Below are positions 55,177-64,000 of a stretch of 64,000 bases of DNA, one piece after another; positions within the stretch are counted from its first letter, which is position 1; every line of letters begins with the position of its first letter. The notes under the pieces were generated by a model that saw only the letters and a program-made list of their open reading frames with translations, did not search any database and was not told the origin of the DNA. A program made the position numbers and the translations under genes. Where the stretch lies: contig JAAZKW010000011.1 of the NCBI GenBank assembly GCA_012799635.1, forward strand, positions 11,738 through 75,737, read 5' to 3'. This DNA is from Mollicutes bacterium. Lineage in GTDB: Bacteria > Bacillota_I > Bacilli_A > RF39 > UBA660.

Positions 55177-55432
55177 TTTAATTACAAGATTTTATCTCCC
55201 ATTAACGGTATTTGCAGGGATTTTAATATTTTCTTTAGTTGGTTATATTGTTAGTAAAAGAAGAACGACAGACTTACCTGTAAAAAGTAAAAAACCTAAA
55301 GGACAAGATAAAAATAAATTCCCTTCGATGAAAATACCGTCGCGTGAAAAGCTAGATGCTTTAACTCCTGTGAAAAATCAAGAAGTTTCTATAAATCAAG
55401 CTTCGGTTGATACAACTGATGAGTTAAAATAA
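55160..55432 (+). CDS. small single-TM protein
   Basis: 90 aa with one TM (LPLTVFAGILIFSLVGYIV). It overlaps the upstream stop. Confidence 0.4.
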   Translation: MKQLVDLITRFYLPLTVFAGILIFSLVGYIVSKRRTTDLPVKSKKPKGQDKNKFPSMKIPSREKLDALTPVKNQEVSINQASVDTTDELK

Positions 55433-55493
55433 AATATGTATTTAATTTATTAACAAATTTTGTTATAATTAACTATACACAAGGAGGATTACT

Positions 55494-56321
55494 ATGAATT
55501 TGTCATTAATATGGTCTATTATCACAAAAATAATTGATATATGTGCTGTGTGGATAGCCTTTTATTATATTTTAAAAAATGTTCGCAATAATATAAAAAT
55601 GGTGTTGATTGTAAAAGGGGTAATAATCATTTTATTAGTTAAATTTATTAGCGATATTTTAAATTTGTATACAGTCGGAGTTATTCTTGAATATGCAGTT
55701 GAATGGGGACCTTTAGCATTAATTGTAATTTTCCAACCCGAAATAAGAAATGTCTTAGAATCAATTGGTAGAACTCAGCTTTTAGGAAGACATAAAATTT
55801 TAACATTTGATGAAAGGGAAAAAGTTGTTAATGAAATAATGCTTGCGATTGATTGGTTTAAAAAGAATAAAATTGGAGCCTTAATAGTTATTGAAAGGGA
55901 AGTCTCATTGCAAGAATATATTGATAGTTCTACCAAAATATATGCAGATGTCAATGATTCATTATTAGAGTCAATTTTCTTTCCAAATTCTCCACTTCAT
56001 GATGGGGGTGTTATTATTCAGGGCGATAAAATAACTTGTGCGGGCTCTGTTTTTAAGACTAGTATGAATCAAAATTTATCAAAAAGATTGGGAACAAGAC
56101 ACAGGGCTGCTCTTGGTATAGCCGAAGAAAGTGACGCTTTGGCACTTATCGTTTCTGAGGAAACTGGAAGAAGTTCAATCGCATTTGATAGCGAGCTTCA
56201 TTATAATTTATCAAACGAAGAATTTAGGACTTTGCTTTTAAATGAGTTAGGACCTAAAACAGAAATTTTCTTTGATTCTGATGAAAAGAAACATACGGAG
56301 GATGAAGATGAAAATATTTAA
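55494..56321 (+). CDS. cdaA: diadenylate cyclase CdaA (DisA_N/DAC domain)
   Basis: 3 N-terminal TM segments, then HDGGVII and RLGTRHRAALGIAEESDALALIVSEETG. Confidence 0.92.
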   Translation: MNLSLIWSIITKIIDICAVWIAFYYILKNVRNNIKMVLIVKGVIIILLVKFISDILNLYTVGVILEYAVEWGPLALIVIFQPEIRNVLESIGRTQLLGRHKILTFDEREKVVNEIMLAIDWFKKNKIGALIVIEREVSLQEYIDSSTKIYADVNDSLLESIFFPNSPLHDGGVIIQGDKITCAGSVFKTSMNQNLSKRLGTRHRAALGIAEESDALALIVSEETGRSSIAFDSELHYNLSNEEFRTLLLNELGPKTEIFFDSDEKKHTEDEDENI

Positions 56322-57657
56322 ATCAATATATAAATTCTTTGATAAAATTATAGTTATACCTATAAGTAGATTAGTATTTAATACGCAAAATTCATTGAAA
56401 AGAAAGGGTAAGGTTCTTGATAAAATTCTTAACCAACCATCCTTTTTAATATATTTGTCACTTATTTTAGCAGTGTTATTTTTCTTACTTATAGATAATA
56501 AGGTAATAACCCTTGTCGAGAACAATGCAGAAGTTATTACAAATGTTCCAGTAAAACTTAAATATAATGAAGAAGCTTATGTTATCGAAGGAGCTCCCAA
56601 AACCGTTGATATAACTATATCGGGGAGAAAAAGTGATATTTACCTTTCAAAACAAATTGGTGAGTATGAAGTATTTCTTGATTTAAGTTCATATACAGCA
56701 TCAGATTCTGCATATAAAGTTTATTTTACGTATTCAAAAAACATTGATAATTTAGTATATAAACTTGATCCAAGTTATGTATCGGTAATGGTTAAAAATA
56801 AAGTTAGTAGTGTATCAAGTGTAACTCATGAACTTATAAATCAAGATAAGTTAGATTCTAAATTGAGTGTTAAAAATGTATCATTATCAAAATCTGAGGT
56901 TGTTGTTAAAGGAAGCGAGACTTCTTTAAAGAAAATAGCATGGGTTAAAGCGCTTGTTGATTTGGGAAATAAAGAAAGTGATTTAAAAGAAGCAAAAACA
57001 TATGATATTGATTGTAAACTAGTTGCTTACGATAATACAGGTAATATATTAAACAATGTTGAAATTGTTCCAAACACTTTAAGTGCCACAATTGAGTTAG
57101 ACAGTTATTCTGCTAATATACCTGTAGTTGTTAAAACAAAAGGTAAATTATTAACTGGCAAGAGCATTTCATCAATACAGATTAATGATTCAAGTGAATT
57201 TTCTATTACTATATATGGTAATGAATCATTAATTTCAAACTTAACCTCAATTCCTGTTACAATAGATATCGAGGGTTTAGGAAATGATAATGCTAAAGTA
57301 TATAATGTAACATTAAGTAAACCAACGGGTGTTCGTTATATGTCAGATTCTTCAGTAAAGGTTTCTTTATCATTTGGAAATGAACAACAAAAAGCTATTG
57401 GTATTTCTAGTATATCCCATAAAAACCTTGGTAGTGGTTTAAAAGCCAATATTATATCTGATACCAAGATTTCAGTTATTGCCAAAGGAGTTGCCTCAGT
57501 ACTTGAGAATATTACTGAAAAAGACATTAACGCTTATGTGGATTTATCTGGGCTTGGCGTAGGTGAACATGATGTAAAAGTGCAAATTGTAAATGAAAAT
57601 TCACTTGTTAGTTATGAAGTATCATCAAATATAAAGGTGAGAATAACTAGCGAATAA
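56308..57657 (+). CDS. cdaR: CdaA regulatory protein CdaR (YbbR-repeat protein)
   Basis: N-terminal TM plus repeated ~90-aa beta domains. Its position directly after cdaA supports the call. The ATG at 56308 lies 6 nt after GGAGG. Confidence 0.75.
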   Translation: MKIFKSIYKFFDKIIVIPISRLVFNTQNSLKRKGKVLDKILNQPSFLIYLSLILAVLFFLLIDNKVITLVENNAEVITNVPVKLKYNEEAYVIEGAPKTVDITISGRKSDIYLSKQIGEYEVFLDLSSYTASDSAYKVYFTYSKNIDNLVYKLDPSYVSVMVKNKVSSVSSVTHELINQDKLDSKLSVKNVSLSKSEVVVKGSETSLKKIAWVKALVDLGNKESDLKEAKTYDIDCKLVAYDNTGNILNNVEIVPNTLSATIELDSYSANIPVVVKTKGKLLTGKSISSIQINDSSEFSITIYGNESLISNLTSIPVTIDIEGLGNDNAKVYNVTLSKPTGVRYMSDSSVKVSLSFGNEQQKAIGISSISHKNLGSGLKANIISDTKISVIAKGVASVLENITEKDINAYVDLSGLGVGEHDVKVQIVNENSLVSYEVSSNIKVRITSE

Positions 57658-57662
57658 TATAG

Positions 57663-57690
57663 AGCCTTATTAATTTAATAAGGCTTTTTT
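57663..57690 (+). terminator. intrinsic terminator after cdaR
   Basis: AGCCTTATTAA-t-TTAATAAGGCT followed by TTTTT. Confidence 0.8.
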
Positions 57691-57739
57691 CTTGCATAAA
57701 AGATTATTATTTCCTATAATAGATATAGGTGGTTTAAGT

Positions 57740-58309
57740 ATGGCAAGAATTAAAGCGAAAATTGATAAAAACAAAAAAGAAATAAAAAGTAAGGGTAAAA
57801 AGTCTTATAAGAAACAAACTAAACAGAAATTACTTAAAGATAATAGTTTTGATGGAAATGAGGAGTTAAGAAGATCCATACTAATATTAGTAATAATGAT
57901 AATAATAATTATTGGGATATATTTTCTTTCTGCATTTTTAGTTGATAAAAGATCAAAAGAAAATAAAATCAGTGCAACTAAGATTAATTATGATGTTACT
58001 CTTGTAGGAACAATATTAAACAGACCATATGATGAGTATTATGTTCTTGTATATAATAAAAAAGAAGAAAATGCAAACTATTATAATCAATTGTTTGATG
58101 CATATAAAGAAAAAGAAGATGCTATTAAGATTTACTATTGCGATCTTTCTAACAAATTAAACGAGGATTATGTATCAGATAAAAGCAATAAAAATATTAT
58201 AAGTTCTGAAGATTTTAAATTTAAAGGAACAACTTTACTTAAAATAAAAGATGGAAAAGTAATTAGTTTTATCGAAGATAACTCTACAATAGAAACTTTA
58301 CTACAGTAG
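57740..58309 (+). CDS. hypothetical membrane-anchored protein
   Basis: ORF 57692..58309. The ATG at 57740 follows AGGTGG. It has a Lys-rich N-terminus, one TM and a ~120-aa extracytoplasmic domain. Confidence 0.5.
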   Translation: MARIKAKIDKNKKEIKSKGKKSYKKQTKQKLLKDNSFDGNEELRRSILILVIMIIIIIGIYFLSAFLVDKRSKENKISATKINYDVTLVGTILNRPYDEYYVLVYNKKEENANYYNQLFDAYKEKEDAIKIYYCDLSNKLNEDYVSDKSNKNIISSEDFKFKGTTLLKIKDGKVISFIEDNSTIETLLQ

Positions 58310-58313
58310 TTAA

Positions 58314-58343
58314 AAAGAATCAGTTGTGTTTGATTCTTTTTTT
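58314..58343 (+). terminator. intrinsic terminator
   Basis: AAAGAATCA-gttgtgt-TGATTCTTT followed by TTTT. Confidence 0.8.
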
Positions 58344-58423
58344 ATGTAAAAATTATCAAATTATTATTGGAATCTTTTGTCAAATATAAAAAAGTTTGAT
58401 AATATTATAAGTAGGAGTCTATT

Positions 58424-59602
58424 ATGAAAAAGGGTTATAAATTGTATCAAGTTATTATTATTATGATTATAACATCCATTATTTCAGGGCTAACAATAGG
58501 GACTATTTTATATCAAGGGCAAGTTCCTCTTAAACATGCAAAATATTTAAAATATCTTGAAAATGAAGATATAATTGAGTTTTTTGATATATATGATGAG
58601 ATATCAAATAAATATTATAAAGATACTAATAAAAATGAATTAATTCAAAATGCAATCAATGGTATGCTTTCTTCTTTATCCGAAGAATATACTACTTATT
58701 TGGATAAAGATAAATCAATATCCATGCATCAAACCCTAAACAGCACTTATAAAGGAATAGGAATATATATTAAAGATGATATTGTTGTTAAAGTGATTGA
58801 AAAGTCTCCTGCGGATAAAGCTGGAGTGAAAGAAGGAGATAAACTTTTAAAAATAAATAACATTCTTGTTGAAAATGGAACTACTAAGGAGCTTGTAGAA
58901 ATAATTAACAAGTCAAAAAAAGAGTTAAACATAGATGTTGACCGAAATGGCGAAATTATTTCTTTTAATCTTAAAGCTGAGGAAATAACTATTCCTAGTG
59001 TTATTTATGAAGAAAAAGATAATGGTATCGGTTATCTTAAAATTAAAGTGTTTAGTAAAAATTTAAATGAAGAAGTAAAAGAGGTATTAAAGGCAATAGA
59101 TGAATCAAAAATAGAGAAATTGATTATTGATGTAAGAGGAAATATAGGAGGATATTTAACACAGGCATATAATACTTCGATGTTATTTTTAAAAAAGGAT
59201 AGTATAATATATTATCTTGAAAGTAAAGATGGTATTAAAGCTTATAAAGATATTGATGATAATGAGAAAAATTATAAAATAGCAATTCTTATAAACAAAG
59301 AGACGGCATCTGCTGCCGAAATTTTCGTTTCAGCAATGAAAGATTCTTACGGCGTATATCTTGTTGGTAATAATAGTTATGGAAAAGGTAAAGTGCAGCA
59401 TACTCATAAATTAACAAATGGAACAAGTATAAAATATACATCATATAGATGGCTTAGGAAAGACAAAGCTTGTATCGAAGGAGTAGGCATTGCGCCCGAT
59501 GTGAATATTGATAATAGTTATATATATAATAAAGATAATGAAATTATAGGTTTAAAGGACACTCAACTTCTGACTGCAGAAGAATATCTTAAAAACAGTT
59601 AG
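58424..59602 (+). CDS. S41-family C-terminal processing peptidase with PDZ domain
   Basis: N-terminal TM, PDZ segment (SPADKAGVKEGDKLLKINN), and an S41 core (RGNIGGY, TASAAEIF, GKGKVQ). Confidence 0.85.
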   Translation: MKKGYKLYQVIIIMIITSIISGLTIGTILYQGQVPLKHAKYLKYLENEDIIEFFDIYDEISNKYYKDTNKNELIQNAINGMLSSLSEEYTTYLDKDKSISMHQTLNSTYKGIGIYIKDDIVVKVIEKSPADKAGVKEGDKLLKINNILVENGTTKELVEIINKSKKELNIDVDRNGEIISFNLKAEEITIPSVIYEEKDNGIGYLKIKVFSKNLNEEVKEVLKAIDESKIEKLIIDVRGNIGGYLTQAYNTSMLFLKKDSIIYYLESKDGIKAYKDIDDNEKNYKIAILINKETASAAEIFVSAMKDSYGVYLVGNNSYGKGKVQHTHKLTNGTSIKYTSYRWLRKDKACIEGVGIAPDVNIDNSYIYNKDNEIIGLKDTQLLTAEEYLKNS

Positions 59603-59610
59603 TTTTTAAG

Positions 59611-60150
59611 ATGCAAAGGCGTTTTATGAAAAAAGGAGATAAATTAGCAATTCATTGTTATAAGCACAATGGTAAGATAGATAGAATTAGTGGTGAAGCT
59701 GTTGTTCTTGATATAAAAAAAGATTATATCGTATGTGCTAACGATAAAGTTAAACTAACTGAAAATGATGGAAGAACACACTATACAAAAGAAGCGGCAA
59801 TATTGTTTTTTTATAAAAATGAATGGTTCAATATATTGGCACAATTTAAAAAATATGGTTTGTTTTATTATTGTAATATAGCATCACCATATTTAATTGA
59901 TGGAAATATAATTAAATATATTGATTATGATCTTGATTTAAGAATTTTCCCTGATGGAAAGCATCGCATTTTAGATAAAAATGAATATAAATATCATTCA
60001 AAGAAAATGGGATATTCAAAAGAAATTGATTTAATTGTTAAACATAGTCTAAATAAATTAATAGACATTAAAGAAAAAGGAAAAGTTCCTTTTAAAAAAG
60101 AAGTTGTTATGAAATATTATAATGAGTATAAAGCATTAAAAAATAAGTAA
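59611..60150 (+). CDS. DUF402 / UPF0374-family nucleoside tri/diphosphatase-like protein
   Basis: KKGDKLAIHCYKHNGK..NDKVKLTENDGRTHYTKEAAILFFYKNEWFNILAQ..YYCNIASPY parallels the Firmicute Ntdp (YgaC-like) family. Confidence 0.7.
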   Translation: MQRRFMKKGDKLAIHCYKHNGKIDRISGEAVVLDIKKDYIVCANDKVKLTENDGRTHYTKEAAILFFYKNEWFNILAQFKKYGLFYYCNIASPYLIDGNIIKYIDYDLDLRIFPDGKHRILDKNEYKYHSKKMGYSKEIDLIVKHSLNKLIDIKEKGKVPFKKEVVMKYYNEYKALKNK

Positions 60151-60235
60151 ATTGCCAATTTTAATAATAAAAATTTGTAAAAATCTTAAAAAAAATAAAA
60201 AAAAGTGTAAAAAAACGAAAAAAAATGTTTTTTTG

Positions 60236-60264
60236 TTGACAAGATGGGCCATATTTGATATATT
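60236..60264 (+). promoter_or_regulatory. rRNA operon promoter (consensus -35, 17-nt spacer, extended -10) with A-tract UP-like region upstream
   Basis: TTGACA (60236-60241) - 17 nt - TATATT (60259-60264), preceded by TGa. The region 60180-60230 is almost pure A-tracts. Confidence 0.75.
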
Positions 60265-60272
60265 ACTTGTGC

Positions 60273-60308
60273 ATTCCACAAGTGGAATGTGAATGTTCTT
60301 TGAAAACT
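60273..60308 (+). promoter_or_regulatory. rrn leader antitermination-like element: boxB-like hairpin + boxA-like TGTTCTTTGAAAACT
   Basis: ATTCCAC-aa-GTGGAAT (60273-60288), then TGTTCTTTGAAAACT (60294-60308). The same pair recurs in the 16S-23S spacer. Confidence 0.6.
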
Positions 60309-60374
60309 AAGTAAAAAAAGTCAATTTGAGTAGCTTTGATTAAATTTAAAATAATATATCGAGAAATCGATTTT

Positions 60375-61946
<1,572 letters not shown>

Positions 61947-62057
61947 ATGGAGAATTTATAACGTAGAAAAAAACCGTATGAAATCTTCGGGGTTGGCACA
62001 TTAAATTGTGAAAAGATTTCATGTAGAAAGCATCAAATTGAATTTTTACTTGGTTTT

Positions 62058-62095
62058 GAGAGAACATTCTCTCAGAATTTTGTTCTTTGAAAACT
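62058..62095 (+). promoter_or_regulatory. spacer boxB-like hairpin + boxA-like element
   Basis: GAGAGAA-ca-TTCTCTC (62058-62073), then TGTTCTTTGAAAACT (62081-62095). Confidence 0.55.
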
Positions 62096-62171
62096 AGATA
62101 ATATAATGAGTAGCAATATATTTCCTAATATATTGCATTAAGATCTCATAACTCATCAAATAAAAAATAGT

Positions 62172-64000
<1,829 letters not shown>

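Noticed and set aside
54138-55500. tmRNA (ssrA) immediately downstream of smpB, as found in many bacteria.
   Set aside because: The DNA after smpB is occupied by overlapping protein-coding genes (a DUF3048 protein and a small TM protein). No tRNA-like acceptor or T-arm and no tag reading frame is visible.
61947-62171. tRNA genes (Ile/Ala) in the 16S-23S spacer.
   Set aside because: The 225-nt spacer has no acceptor or T-arm (GGTTCGAnTCC-like) sequences. It contains only the boxB/boxA-like element and processing stems.

Overview
This is an AT-rich chromosomal segment (by eye about 25-30% GC, not computed) from a low-GC Firmicutes / Tenericutes-grade anaerobe. It holds about 80 tightly packed genes, all but three on the + strand, and ends in an rRNA operon with a complete 16S and a partial 23S. 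UGA, UAG and UAA all act as stops, and prfB with its programmed +1 frameshift is present, so the code is standard. Layout: (1) 1-5.7 kb is a tyrosine integrase followed by a DpnII-type GATC restriction-modification cassette (dpnM, dpnA, dpnB). The cassette carries a 1-TM orphan gene and a KAP-family P-loop NTPase, broken by one in-frame TAG, wedged between the two methylases. (2) 5.7-11.5 kb is an accessory patch. It contains a SEC-C-motif gene remnant, phased short repeats, an HExxH protein, membrane-tethered XRE regulators, an internally deleted AAC(6')-Ie-like GNAT, a NUDIX hydrolase and a GNAT. (3) 11.7-24.5 kb is a 16-gene lipid supercluster: AMP-ligase, fabK, a minimal biotin ligase, fabD, fabG, fabF, accB, fabZ, accC, accD, accA, fabI, an SDR, acpP, plsC and a PPTase. 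It has no fabH. (4) 24.5-35.8 kb holds TetR, a hydrolase, GNATs, an XRE/DUF4097/CPBP envelope module and an ABC-2 exporter. (5) 35.8-41.6 kb holds an atypical 400-aa ThyX-like protein, CarD plus a free-standing alpha-CTD-like peptide, ispG, and an O2/ROS detoxification cluster (rubrerythrin, desulfoferrodoxin, rubredoxin, a rubredoxin-like protein, ferredoxin). (6) 41.7-46.5 kb holds an ECF sigma/anti-sigma/acyl-CoA ligase operon and a minus-strand NlpC/P60 plus orphan pair. (7) 46.6-60.2 kb is housekeeping: prfB, tilS, ftsH, secG, a pilin-like gene, rnr, smpB, a DUF3048 protein, cdaA-cdaR, an S41 protease and a DUF402 protein. (8) 60.2-64 kb is the rrn promoter, leader, 16S, a tRNA-less spacer and 23S. 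The best candidate for something undescribed is the KAP NTPase embedded in an integrase-linked DpnII cassette. Other candidates are the fabH-less FASII cluster headed by an AMP-ligase, the tandem-degenerate ThyX-like protein, and the CarD/alpha-CTD pair. Three ORF breaks sit at A/T homopolymers and would each be repaired by +1 nt, so assembly error must be excluded before any of them is interpreted. All homology calls rest on motifs read by eye. No searches were run.
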